Below are positions 19,951 to 29,544 of a stretch of 64,000 nt of DNA, in pieces. The position numbers were made by a program, and so were the translations under genes. Under the pieces are notes generated by a model. That model saw nothing but the letters and a program-made list of their open reading frames with translations, had not been told where the DNA came from and did not search any database. Origin of the DNA: Methanomassiliicoccaceae archaeon (lineage in GTDB: Archaea > Thermoplasmatota > Thermoplasmata > Methanomassiliicoccales > UBA472); the NCBI GenBank assembly GCA_963768775.1, contig CAVYIY010000007.1, positions 51,832 through 115,831 of the forward strand, read 5' to 3'. Each line of letters starts with the position of its first letter. The first letter of the stretch is position 1.

Positions 19951-20013
19951 TATTGGATGAAAGCCGCCGGCCTGATTCATCAGAATGAATATGGCATGTT
20001 GCCCTGGATCACT

Positions 20014-20382
20014 TCACGCTGAACCCTCTTGCTCGAATTCCTCGCTGTCGAACGCGGAAGGCTCTTCGATGACGTTGAACATTGTCCCGGACGGATTGCT
20101 GAGGCGACATCGGCCTACCCTCCCCTCCCAGGAGACGACGCTCCATCCTTGGGAGAGAAGGTCGACCTTGGCCGCCTCGATATCCGGGACCAGTATCTCC
20201 AGGATAGGGCCTTGCTCCGGCCCTTTCTCGATGTGAAGGCTGATGTCCCCGCCCGAGAGATCGGCCTCATCGTCCGTTCGATTTACCAAAGTGAGCCCCA
20301 TCTCCCGCTCGAAATGACGGACCGCGCTCTCAAGATCAGGCGCGTACAGGCAGACGGAGCGGCTCAACTTGTAGGTCATCAT
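20014..20382 (-). CDS. VOC (glyoxalase/bleomycin-resistance fold) family protein
   Basis: About 120 aa with the beta-alpha-beta-beta-beta pattern (VCLYAPDLESAVRHFEREMGL...) typical of small VOC proteins. Confidence 0.6.
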   Translation of the reverse strand: MMTYKLSRSVCLYAPDLESAVRHFEREMGLTLVNRTDDEADLSGGDISLHIEKGPEQGPILEILVPDIEAAKVDLLSQGWSVVSWEGRVGRCRLSNPSGTMFNVIEEPSAFDSEEFEQEGSA

Positions 20383-20580
20383 CCACCAAGCATGTAGGCT
20401 AAAAGAGGAGCATAAAGCTGCTGATTTCCTGCTGCCAGCAGAATGCCCCTGGCCAGAGACGATGCTTGGGAAAAGTTAAATATGGTGCTCCTCATCTCCA
20501 TCGACCGTGCGAACATACATCACGTGCAACCAAAAGTCATCCGTTTTGTTGCCCAGCACGGTGATTGTTGTTCTTCTATA

Positions 20581-20609
20581 GAGGACATCCTTCTGTTTAG
20601 GATGTCCTC
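20581..20609 (+). promoter_or_regulatory. perfect 10-bp stem hairpin in the ilvB leader
   Basis: gaggacatcc-ttctgttta-ggatgtcctc, ending 27 nt upstream of the ilvB ATG. An SD-like aaggagg lies at 20628-20634. Confidence 0.4.
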
Positions 20610-20635
20610 AAGCACAAGTGAAATCTTAAGGAGGA

Positions 20636-22322
20636 ATGCTTCTGCGAGGCTCTAAGGCTCTGCTCACATTGCTGGAAAGGGAAGGCGTCGAGGTCATATT
20701 CGGCTATCCGGGTGGTTCGACCATCCAGATATACGATGACCTCATAGATTCGAAGATACATCATGTGCTGGTCCGGCACGAGCAGTGCGCAGCGCACATG
20801 GCGGATGGGTTCGCACGCGCCACCGGAAAGCCCGGAGTCTGCCTGGCCACCTCAGGGCCTGGATCAACCAACCTGGTGACCGGGGTGGCGACCGCCTACG
20901 CCGATTCCTCGCCCATGCTGGTGCTCACCGGTCAGGTCACGACATCGATGATCGGGAACGCGGCGTTCCAGGAAGCGGACACGTTCAGCCTGATGATGCC
21001 GATCACGAAGCACAATTTCCGGGTGCTTGACGCGACGCAGGTCCCTGAGGCGGTCAAGCGAGGCATGAACATCGCTCGCACCGGCAGGATGGGACCGGTG
21101 CATATCGACCTCCCATCGGACGTCATGCTGGCGGACGTTCCGGAGAAGCTGATGAACGAGGAGTATCCCGTGCCCAGCCCGATGGAGGACTTCACCGGCA
21201 TGCTGGAAGCGGTGCGGATGCTGTTGAACGCCGAGAGGCCGCTCCTGCTGGTCGGAGGCGGGGCCAAATGGGCCAACGCCGGTCCGGAAGTGGCCAGGCT
21301 CGCCGAGATGCTCATCGCGCCGGTGGTCACCTCGATCATGGGCAAGGGCATCATCCCGGAGGAGCACCCGCTGTGCCTGGGCATCCTGGGGATGCACGGC
21401 CGCGAAGTGTCCCGCAGAGCGCTGCTCGAAGCGGACGTGATCTTCGCGGTCGGCACCAGGTTCTCCGACCGGACGCTCACGAACCAGAATCGAGATCCCG
21501 CTCACCACAAAGATCATCCACCTTGACATCGACCCGATCGAGGCGGGGAAGGGACAGCGGACGAAGGTGCGGCTGGTGGGCGATGCCAAGAAGGCCCTGC
21601 AGCAGATGATCAAGGGCATCGGCAGGTCGAAGAAGGAGACGGAATGGAGCAGGCGCATCAACGAGGTGCAAGAAGAAATGCACCTGCAACATCGACATCA
21701 ATAACGTCCCGATAGCCCCGCAGAAGGTGATCTTCGAACTGGGCAAGATCCTCACCGACAAGACGATACATCACCACCGAGGTGGGGCAGAACCAGATGT
21801 GGGCCAGTCATTTCCTGAAGGTGCGGAGCCCACAACAGTTCATCACCTCTGGAGGTTTCGGGACCATGGGCTTCGGGTTCCCCGCGGCCATAGGAGCCAA
21901 GTACGCGCGCCGGGACCACACCGTGATCGATATTGCGGGGGATGGGAGCATCCAGATGGTGTTCCACGAGTTCGCCACCGCAGTGATCGGAGGACCTGCC
22001 AGTGGTCGTGGTGGTGATGAACAACGGCTGGCTGGGGATGGTGAAGCAATGGCAGAAACTGTTCTGGAACCAGCGCTACTCCGGCACCATGCTCAAGAAC
22101 AACCCGGACTTCGTCGCCCTGGCCAAGGCGTTCGGCGCGGATGGGGTGCGGGTGGAGAGGCCGTCCGAGCTGGCCGAGACCTACCAGCGCGCCATCAAGT
22201 CCGGCGTGCCCTTCCTGATCGACGTCGCGACGGACCCAGAAGAGGACGTGCTGCCGATGATACAGGTCGGCAAGACCGTGGACAATGTCGTCTCGGGCAA
22301 GTGCGGTTGGGGATGCAGGTGA
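20636..22322 (+). pseudogene. ilvB: acetolactate synthase large subunit; at least four +1 frameshifts
   Basis: IFGYPGG, TSGPGSTN, and TPP motif GDGSIQM...[12 protein letters not shown]. Segments read in frame 2 (to about 21480), frame 3 (to 21704), frame 1 (to about 21768), frame 2 (to about 21985) and frame 3 (to TGA 22320-22322). Confidence 0.8.
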
Positions 22323-22418
22323 GGGCGGCCTCAGCAGCGCCCGAACCTTCCATCGCGCTCATGCGAGCATTTGGACGCAGTCATCAAGACAACTGGCAAT
22401 CGATCAGGGAACGGACAA

Positions 22419-22432
22419 CCTTAATATTAAGG
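22419..22432. promoter_or_regulatory. 14-bp perfect AT-rich palindrome upstream of ilvC
   Basis: ccttaatattaagg, about 40 nt upstream of the ilvC start. Could be a TATA element and/or operator. Confidence 0.35.
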
Positions 22433-22474
22433 ACGGCTTAACCTCGAAACACTGACACTGCTTAGCAGGTGACA

Positions 22475-23469
22475 ATGATGGCAAAGATATATCACGATTC
22501 TGATGCGGACCTGGGGGTCCTGAAGGGAAAGAAGATCGCGGTGATCGGGTTCGGCAGCCAGGGCAAGGCGCAATCCATGTGCCTGCACGACTCCGGACTG
22601 AACGTGACCGTCGGCGTGCGCAAGGGCGGCAAATCCTGGAAGGACGCCAAGAAGAACGGTATGAAGGTGGATGAGATCGCCGATGCGGTCAAGGACGCGG
22701 ACGTGGTCATGGTCCTCGTTCCTGACGAGACCCAGGGCGATGTTTTCGAGAAGGAGATCAAGCCCAACCTGAAGAAGGGAGCGGCATTGGACTTCGCCCA
22801 CGGCTTCAGCATCGTCTTCGGCACGGTGAAGCCGCCGAAGAATGTCGACGTCGTCATGATGGCCCCGAAATCGCCCGGGCCGATGGAACGCGAGGTGTAC
22901 CTGCAGGGCTTCGGCGTCCCCGCGCTGATCGCGGTGGAGCAGGACTATTCCGGCAAGGCCAAGAAGATCGCCCTCGCCCTGGCCAAGGGATTGGGAGCGA
23001 CAAGGGCGGGCGTCATCGAGACGGACTTCCGGGAGGAGGCCACCTCCGATCTGTTCGGGGAGCAGGCGGTTCTCTGCGGCGGAGTGACGGCGCTGATCGA
23101 GGCAGGGTTTCGAGACTCTGGTGAAGAACGGCTACCAGCCAGAGATCGCCTACTTCGAATGCCTGCACGAGCTCAAGCTCATCGTCGACCTGATCCAGTC
23201 CGGCGGCATGATGAAGATGTGGACCTCGGTTTCCAACACCGCTGAGTATGGCGGACTGTCCCAGCGCGACAAGCTCATCACCGAGGACACGAAGAAGGCG
23301 ATGGAGCAGATGCTGAAGAACATCCAGACCGGCAAGTTCGCCAAGGAATGGCTGACGGACGCCATCGGCGGCATGAAGAAGCTCCAGTCCATGGAGGAGG
23401 AGGAGGCGACGATCGAAGATCGAGGTCGTCGGCAAGGACATCCGCGCCCTGTTCGAGACGAAGAAGTAG
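22475..23469 (+). pseudogene. ilvC: ketol-acid reductoisomerase; two +1 frameshifts (about 23108 and about 23415)
   Basis: [14 protein letters not shown] loop, [12 protein letters not shown], then [27 protein letters not shown] in frame 3 and IEVVGKDIRALFETKK-TAG in frame 1. Confidence 0.8.
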
Positions 23470-23564
23470 AATCGAACCAGACCAAACCCCTTCCATTTTC
23501 TACATAGTTGGATGAGATAACCTTATAGTCCGTGCACATTGCTTGATGGGATAAGAGGCAGAGT

Positions 23565-24257
23565 ATGAGGATCGGCATCGTCGCTTGCGAGACCTTCCGG
23601 CGGGAGCTGGAAATGATAATCCAAGGGGACGAGGACATCGTCTACAAGGAGTACTTGGAGTTCGGTCTGCACGAGTATCCGGAAGAGCTCAAGAAAGCGG
23701 TGGTGGACAAGGTCAACTCCCTGGAAGGGAAGGTCGACGCCGTCTTCCTCGGCTACGGGATCTGCCAGTCGCTGAAAGACATCACTAAGAGGATACGAGT
23801 GCCGACCGTCCAACTGAAGGAGGACGATTGCGTCGGCGCCTTGATCACCAGCGAGGAATACGAACGGGAAAGGAAGGTCTGCGCCGGCACCATGTTCCAT
23901 ACCCCCGCATTCTGCGAGATGGGCGAGGCCTGGTTCGAGAAAGACATGAGGAAGAAGATGTCGGAGGAGCAGCTGAAGGATTTCCTGGACCAGGGATACG
24001 ACACCATGTGGTTCCTGCGCACCCTGTTCAATGGCTATTCCCGCACCCTGTTCATCGATACCGGCATCGGCGACCGGGAGCACTACCTGGCGCTTTCAAA
24101 GGAATTCGCGGCCAAGCTGGACATGAGGCATGAATGCCGCGAAGGGACGTTGGAAGTCATCAGGGACGCCCTGCGCCGAACCAAGGAGCTTGCGGCAGCA
24201 CAAGAAGACTCAGGTCTACTCAGACCTGCTCCAGGCCGCTCCATTTCTCCAGCCTGA
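23565..24257 (+). CDS. DUF1638 domain-containing protein
   Basis: MRIGIVACE...FLGYGICQ...DDCVGAL pattern of DUF1638. The 3' end overlaps the convergent LOG gene by 38 nt. Confidence 0.65.
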   Translation: MRIGIVACETFRRELEMIIQGDEDIVYKEYLEFGLHEYPEELKKAVVDKVNSLEGKVDAVFLGYGICQSLKDITKRIRVPTVQLKEDDCVGALITSEEYERERKVCAGTMFHTPAFCEMGEAWFEKDMRKKMSEEQLKDFLDQGYDTMWFLRTLFNGYSRTLFIDTGIGDREHYLALSKEFAAKLDMRHECREGTLEVIRDALRRTKELAAAQEDSGLLRPAPGRSISPA

Positions 24258-24801
24258 CTGGCTCGAAGGATTCCATCCGATCCAGCAGTCTTGCGGCGCT
24301 CGTATCACGGATTATCATGTCGCAGTACTCGGGGCGGATGAAGCGCTCCCGAAAGCCGCAATCGATCATCTCCAATAGTGGGTCGAAGTATCCAGAGACG
24401 TTGAGCAGGGCGACCGGCTTCTGGTGATGACCAATCTGCGCCCAGGTGAGCATCTCGAACCATTCCTCCAGCGTCCCGAACCCTCCCGGCAGGGCGATGA
24501 AGCCCTCCGCAAGCTCGGCCATCTTCATCTTGCGCTGGTGCATCGTGTCCACGACGTACAGCTCGGTCAGGTGGCGGTGGACAATCTCCTCCTTTTCCAG
24601 GAATCGGGGGATCACCCCAATCGCTTCGCCTCCATCGTCCAGGACCGTCTTCGCTATCGCCCCCATCAGCCCCACCCTGCCACCACCGTACACCAGGCCA
24701 ATCTTCCTCGAGACCATCAGATGACCGAGCTCCTCGGCCGCCCGACGGTACTCGACCCGGCTGCCCATGCAAGATCCGCAATAGACGGCGATGCGCTTCA
24801 T
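24220..24801 (-). CDS. LOG family protein (TIGR00730-type nucleotide phosphoribohydrolase)
   Basis: VYGGGRVGLMG and PGGFGTLEE motifs. Confidence 0.85.
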   Translation of the reverse strand: MKRIAVYCGSCMGSRVEYRRAAEELGHLMVSRKIGLVYGGGRVGLMGAIAKTVLDDGGEAIGVIPRFLEKEEIVHRHLTELYVVDTMHQRKMKMAELAEGFIALPGGFGTLEEWFEMLTWAQIGHHQKPVALLNVSGYFDPLLEMIDCGFRERFIRPEYCDMIIRDTSAARLLDRMESFEPVRLEKWSGLEQV

Positions 24802-24896
24802 TTCCCCACTCTGAACAACTGACCTCGATATACCATTTATCCTTTCACTTGCAAAGACTCATTAATCAGTAGGACAGATTGCTTTGGCGAGAACCG

Positions 24897-25271
24897 ATGA
24901 CAGGCAACCGCATCATCATGAAGACGCCGGAGACGGATTTCGAAATAGAGCTGAACGATTCCGCAACCGCCGACGCCGTTTACCTCGCTCTCCCGATGGA
25001 GGAGTACATCAACGTCTGGGGGGACGAGATCTACTTCGAGATACCAGTGCAAATGAAGCTGGAGAACGGGAGAAAGGAGATGGAGGTCGGCGACGTGGCG
25101 TACTGGCCCCAGGGGAAGGCTTTCTGCTTGTTCTTCGGACGGACGCCGGTCAGCAAGGGACCGAAGCCAGAGGCTTATAGTCCAGTGACCCCATTGGGCA
25201 GAATATTGAACGATGTCGAGGCCCTCAAAACCATTGGTGATCGCACCCGAGTGAGGTTGGAGCGTGCCTGA
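24897..25271 (+). CDS. cyclophilin-like fold protein
   Basis: Small beta-rich protein (NVWGDEIYFEIP...GDVAYWPQGKAFCLFFG) matching the cyclophilin-like family. ATG 24897 preferred over TTG 24879. Confidence 0.6.
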   Translation: MTGNRIIMKTPETDFEIELNDSATADAVYLALPMEEYINVWGDEIYFEIPVQMKLENGRKEMEVGDVAYWPQGKAFCLFFGRTPVSKGPKPEAYSPVTPLGRILNDVEALKTIGDRTRVRLERA

Positions 25272-25273
25272 GA

Positions 25274-26290
25274 CTATTTGCTCAATGTTATCTTCATCCC
25301 TTTGTTATCTGGATGGGTGATGATTCGCTCCAAGCCCGCCTCATCGATCAACGAGAGCGCATCGTCCAGCCTCTGCTGGTTTGCATAGGCGGCGATGATC
25401 CCGGTCTCTCCGTGCACTCCGATGATCTCGCAGCCCCTGACCCGCAGCATCGACATCAGACGGTAGAGCTCCTTGCCTCCCTTGAACCGCCTAATCTCCA
25501 CCACCTTGGAACCGAGCAATTGCAGCCGATAGATGGAGTCACCCATCTTCACCACGTCTGATTTTATCGCGGCGGGCATGAGCTTCATCAGCACCTCCAG
25601 CGCTTTCTTCTCCCTGTCCTTCTCGTCGATGGTGACCATCTTCTGGAAGTCGAGGGAGTTCGCTTCCATGTTCGGAGTGACCAGGATGAGCGGATTCGCT
25701 TCCGGGATCGGGGTCCGGCAGGCGATCTCCAGCTCGTCGGTGACGATTACGACGCCGCCGAAGAGCGTCCCTGCCACTCTCACCCCAGTGTCGGGCCGCA
25801 GCTCCAACCTGCTGTCGTTCTCGCTCACCATGTTCCAGGAGATGATGCGCCTCAGCTCCCTTTGGCCTATGGGGCGGCCCAGGGCCGCATTGACGCCAGC
25901 TGCCGCAGCGGCGATGGTCTCGGGAGCGGCATCGAACGGGACGCTGGCATGCTCGGGACTGGTAATCTTGAAAGCTCCCCTGTACTCCAGGATGTTGCAG
26001 AGCGCACGGCAAACGTGCTCGACCGGGGCATGCGGCTCCACGTCCACCTCCCATTCCGCCGCCGGGGCGATCTTGAGGAAGATATGGATGTCGATGGCCG
26101 CGCCGATGCCGCCACCGCCGGGATAACCTCCGAACTTTTCCGTGGAATCGATGGTGGCCAGGTCGAGGACCAAGGGAGCGCGGACGGACATGGGGCGGGC
26201 CTGGTCGAGCTTGCCGGGCGAGGGATACGGACCGCCGTTGGTCTCGCCCATCCTCAGGACCTTGTGCTCTGCCACAGTGGCGACAGTCAT
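25274..26290 (-). CDS. beta-RFAP synthase-like GHMP-superfamily protein with a degenerate phosphate-binding loop
   Basis: By-eye similarity to the MJ1427 family ([48 protein letters not shown]). The usual GLGSGT-type loop reads [14 protein letters not shown]. Start placed at ATG 26290; the longer track ORF would run over msrB. Confidence 0.55.
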   Translation of the reverse strand: MTVATVAEHKVLRMGETNGGPYPSPGKLDQARPMSVRAPLVLDLATIDSTEKFGGYPGGGGIGAAIDIHIFLKIAPAAEWEVDVEPHAPVEHVCRALCNILEYRGAFKITSPEHASVPFDAAPETIAAAAAGVNAALGRPIGQRELRRIISWNMVSENDSRLELRPDTGVRVAGTLFGGVVIVTDELEIACRTPIPEANPLILVTPNMEANSLDFQKMVTIDEKDREKKALEVLMKLMPAAIKSDVVKMGDSIYRLQLLGSKVVEIRRFKGGKELYRLMSMLRVRGCEIIGVHGETGIIAAYANQQRLDDALSLIDEAGLERIITHPDNKGMKITLSK

Positions 26291-26405
26291 CGTTATTCTA
26301 ATGACCGCTCCGCTTTTGTACCTTATCTTCTGGGCACCGATTTGCGAATTAACGGGAAGAAAAGGTAAATATCGGGCGATGCGAGCTGTTTGCGGAGACC
26401 GAAAG

Positions 26406-26801
26406 ATGCGCTCCGACAAGATCATCAAGAGCGATGCGGAATGGAAGCAGGCCCTCACACCCGAGGAATATCGCCTGCTCAGGAAGAAGGGGACCGAGCT
26501 GGCATTCACTGGCAAGTTCCACGATCACCATGAGAAGGGAACGTATACCTGCGCCGGCTGCGAGCTGCCGTTGTTCTCCTCCGATAGCAAGTTCAATTCT
26601 GGCACTGGCTGGCCCTCGTTCTTCGCGCCGATCGGGGAAAATGCGGTTGAGGAGCACATCGACGTGAGCTACGGCGTGCGCACCGAAGTCCGTTGCGCCC
26701 GCTGCGGAGGTCATCTCGGGCACGTTTTCAACGACGGTCCCCCGCCGAGCGGGCGGCGCTACTGCATGAACTCAGGCGCCCTTCACTTCAAGCCTGCCTG
26801 A
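26406..26801 (+). CDS. msrB: peptide-methionine (R)-S-oxide reductase
   Basis: CAGC...GWPSF...[12 protein letters not shown]...RYCMNS motifs. Confidence 0.9.
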   Translation: MRSDKIIKSDAEWKQALTPEEYRLLRKKGTELAFTGKFHDHHEKGTYTCAGCELPLFSSDSKFNSGTGWPSFFAPIGENAVEEHIDVSYGVRTEVRCARCGGHLGHVFNDGPPPSGRRYCMNSGALHFKPA

Positions 26802-26804
26802 TGG

Positions 26805-28166
26805 TCATTGGCTACCGATCAGCTCCAGATCGTCGAAGCAGACCGACGGGAGTACGTAGTTCAGCGACGTGGTTAGGTCGCTCCCCACGGCCCGCACCTT
26901 CTGCAGCGCCTCGAACATGTTGCCGGTTATCAGGCAGTGCTTGACCGTGCGGGTCAGCGACCCGTCCTGGATCAGGTGGCCGCATCTTACTTCCAGACCG
27001 AAGGCACCGGTGATCGGGTGCACGTCCGGCGAGGCGAAGCTGTCCACCAGGATGCCCTTGTCGACGGAGCTGACGATTTCGTCCACGCTTTGCGTGCCTT
27101 TCTTCATCACCATGTTGAGCGGCGCGATGGAAACCGGTATCTGCCACTGCCCCACCACGTCCATCGTGCTGCGCCTGATGCCGTTACCGGTCATGGGAGC
27201 CTCGGACTTGTAGGCATTGTAAGCATCATTGATGAAGCCGCCCAGGACGCCATCCTTGACCAGCTCCTTCCTCCGGGTCGGCACCCCCTCGTCGTCAAAG
27301 GGGGAAGAGAGCACTCCGCGCTCGTCGGTCGGGTCATCGGTGAAGCTGACCATCTTGCTCGCCACCGACTGCCCGGACTTGCCCGCCCAGGGACTGCGCT
27401 TGCGGTTGACGTTCTCCATGCTCAGGGCGAAGGAGACCGATCCGGAGAACAGCTCTGCCAGGTCGCTGGGCGGTATGATGACGGACGCCAGCATCTTCCC
27501 CTGGTACCCCTCGGCCTTGGCGGAGGATTTCGCCTTCTGGTTCAAGCGCTTGCCAATCGCCGTCGGATCGAGATCGTTGATCCGGGGGGAGAAGAAGGTC
27601 TCCGCCCCCTCGCCCGGGTTCGCCCCTTCGGTCATCGCGCTCGCTCGCATGTAGACCAAGGTGCTATCGCGGCAAACGTCGAGGCCGTTGCTGTTGACCA
27701 CCCTGGCTTGGATGTGCCCGGCGCGAAGGACGCCATTGGGCACCTTCACTTTGCCCGGCTCCACAGTCGCCCCGATAATCGAGGCCATCAGCTGCGCCAG
27801 CTCCCGGTTCTCCGTTCCCCGGATGTTCTCGTCCGAGCAACGGGCCCAGACCCCTGGCTTATCCGGCTGCGGGAAGCCTTTGAAGGTGCCCTCCACGGGA
27901 AGAAGCGAGGCAACCCGGGCGGCGTTCTTGGCGCACGCCTCGGCGTCAGCGACGCTGGATATCATGGAGGCCGATTGGCCGAAGCGATGATCCCGCAGCA
28001 GCCTGATGGCTATCCCCAGGTCGCTCTTCTCCTCCACGCTCTTGACTTTGGAATCGTCGGCGTAAGCGGACCAGGTGTGGGCGCTAGCCACGTAGGCCTC
28101 GACCTCTTGCGCCCCCTCCTTCTTTGCCGCCTTGATCGCCGGCCCGATGAAATCGTCCAGCTCCAT
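26805..28166 (-). CDS. TldD/PmbA family protein (PmbA-like partner)
   Basis: TldD/PmbA fold pattern without an HExxxH motif. The ATG at 28164-28166 lies 1 nt after the tldD stop. Confidence 0.8.
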   Translation of the reverse strand: MELDDFIGPAIKAAKKEGAQEVEAYVASAHTWSAYADDSKVKSVEEKSDLGIAIRLLRDHRFGQSASMISSVADAEACAKNAARVASLLPVEGTFKGFPQPDKPGVWARCSDENIRGTENRELAQLMASIIGATVEPGKVKVPNGVLRAGHIQARVVNSNGLDVCRDSTLVYMRASAMTEGANPGEGAETFFSPRINDLDPTAIGKRLNQKAKSSAKAEGYQGKMLASVIIPPSDLAELFSGSVSFALSMENVNRKRSPWAGKSGQSVASKMVSFTDDPTDERGVLSSPFDDEGVPTRRKELVKDGVLGGFINDAYNAYKSEAPMTGNGIRRSTMDVVGQWQIPVSIAPLNMVMKKGTQSVDEIVSSVDKGILVDSFASPDVHPITGAFGLEVRCGHLIQDGSLTRTVKHCLITGNMFEALQKVRAVGSDLTTSLNYVLPSVCFDDLELIGSQ

Positions 28167-28167
28167 C

Positions 28168-29544
28168 TCAACCGCCTCCGAGGATGATGCGGGACCGGCA
28201 ATACGGCCCGCCGTCGGAGACCGGGACCATATCTTCGTTCCCCTTGCCGCAATGGCCTCCGTCGAGCCTGACATCCTTAGCCACGGCGTCCGTGGTCTTC
28301 AGGATCTCCAGCGCCTTGCCGGTGAGGGTGAAGGAACGGAGCATGTCGGTCACCTTCCCATTCACGATGAGGAAGCCACGGAGCGCCTTGCCCTCGAAGC
28401 CACCGCCCACCGGGTCCTCCATGCCGCTAATGAAGCGGTCCGTGAGCACGCCGAACTTCACGTCCTCCAGCATTTCCTCCAGCTTCCAGTCTCCCGCAGC
28501 GAAGTAGGTGTTGGTCATGCGCACGAAGACGCGGCGGAATGGGTCTTGCGCCCTGCCGTTGCCGGTCGGGTGCACCCCCATCTCCGCCGCCGTCTCCAGC
28601 GATTGCATGTAGCCCTTATACACACCATTCTCGATTATCGTGGTCCGAGAGGAAGGGGTCCCTTCGTCGTCGAAAGGTATGGCCCCATAAGCGCCTTCCG
28701 CCGTCCCATCGTCCACCATGGTGATGAGGTCGCTCGCCACCTTCTTGCCTACCGCCGTGGTGAGGAAGGAGCGCTTCTTGATGATCTCGTCTGCCTCGGA
28801 GGCGTGGCCCATCACTTCGTGCGCCAGCAGCCCGCTCACCGCTGGATCGGTGATGCAGACCTGCTCGCCGGACGGGCACTTCTGGGCCGAGAGCATGCCG
28901 ACCGCCTCCTTGCCGCAATAGCGCCCGAGCTCATCGAGATCAAGCGATTTGAACATCTCGAAGCCCTTCGTCCCATCCACCACGTTGTAGAACAACTCAG
29001 TTCGGGTACCATCGGAGGCGACCGGCTGGCCGAATAGGCGGCCGCGAACCTCCTCCCACTTCAGCTCGCTGCCGAAGGAGTTCACCAGCCAATTGGTCTT
29101 TACTGAGTCCATATAGAAAGCGGTGCTGTTGACTATCTGCGGGGAGATCCTCTGCGCCTTCTCCAAATCCTTAGTCAGCTTGAGCTTCTCCTCCAGCGGC
29201 ACGCTGAGAGGATGAACCTGGACCACCGCTTTGAGCTCGCGCCTCTGCGCTTTTCCCTCGGGGATAGCAACCCCCTTCGCAGAGCCGAGCCGGGCGTTGC
29301 TCGCCGCCCTCTCCGCCGCCAGGAAGACCTTCTTCCGGTCCAGGTCGTTGGTCGAGGCGTAGCCCCAGGAGCCGGAGTAGCGCGCCCTCAGGCACAGCCC
29401 GCCGGCCAGGTCCTCGGCCAAAGAGCGGACGCCGCCATCCACGATCTGGATGTTGGTGCGGTTGACCCTTTGGTAGCGCGCGTCGCAGAACTGCGCCCCC
29501 GCATCCTGCATCACTCCCACCGCCTGTTTCAGCAGGTCGATCAT
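28168..29544 (-). CDS. tldD: TldD family metalloprotease
   Basis: HEVMGHASEAD metalloprotease motif. Start ATG 29544 overlaps the upstream M24 gene stop by 4 nt. Confidence 0.8.
   Translation of the reverse strand: MIDLLKQAVGVMQDAGAQFCDARYQRVNRTNIQIVDGGVRSLAEDLAGGLCLRARYSGSWGYASTNDLDRKKVFLAAERAASNARLGSAKGVAIPEGKAQRRELKAVVQVHPLSVPLEEKLKLTKDLEKAQRISPQIVNSTAFYMDSVKTNWLVNSFGSELKWEEVRGRLFGQPVASDGTRTELFYNVVDGTKGFEMFKSLDLDELGRYCGKEAVGMLSAQKCPSGEQVCITDPAVSGLLAHEVMGHASEADEIIKKRSFLTTAVGKKVASDLITMVDDGTAEGAYGAIPFDDEGTPSSRTTIIENGVYKGYMQSLETAAEMGVHPTGNGRAQDPFRRVFVRMTNTYFAAGDWKLEEMLEDVKFGVLTDRFISGMEDPVGGGFEGKALRGFLIVNGKVTDMLRSFTLTGKALEILKTTDAVAKDVRLDGGHCGKGNEDMVPVSDGGPYCRSRIILGGG

Noticed and set aside
19318-19980. 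220-aa minus-strand ORF opposite the acidic hypothetical protein
   Set aside because: Its composition (Arg/His/Leu/Pro-rich) is shadow-like. The plus-strand ORF has plausible acidic-protein composition, though neither has a recognisable family.
20443-20655. 70-aa uORF upstream of ilvB containing M-V-L-L-I-S-I, reminiscent of a bacterial ilv leader peptide
   Set aside because: - Its ATG (20482) sits inside the only TATA-like element, so it is probably not transcribed.
- The rest of the peptide is not enriched in Ile/Leu/Val.
- It runs into the ilvB start.
- Transcription attenuation of this type is not established in archaea.
23419-23431. Near-duplicate gatcgaa/gatcgag at the second ilvC break, as evidence of a 7-nt tandem duplication
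   Set aside because: The match is imperfect, and a single extra base explains the shift equally well. This cannot be decided without reads or an orthologue alignment.
26291-26515. N-terminal 75-aa extension of the RFAP-synthase-like ORF
   Set aside because: The extension overlaps the msrB start on the opposite strand and has non-coding-like composition. The internal ATG 26290 gives a family-typical length.
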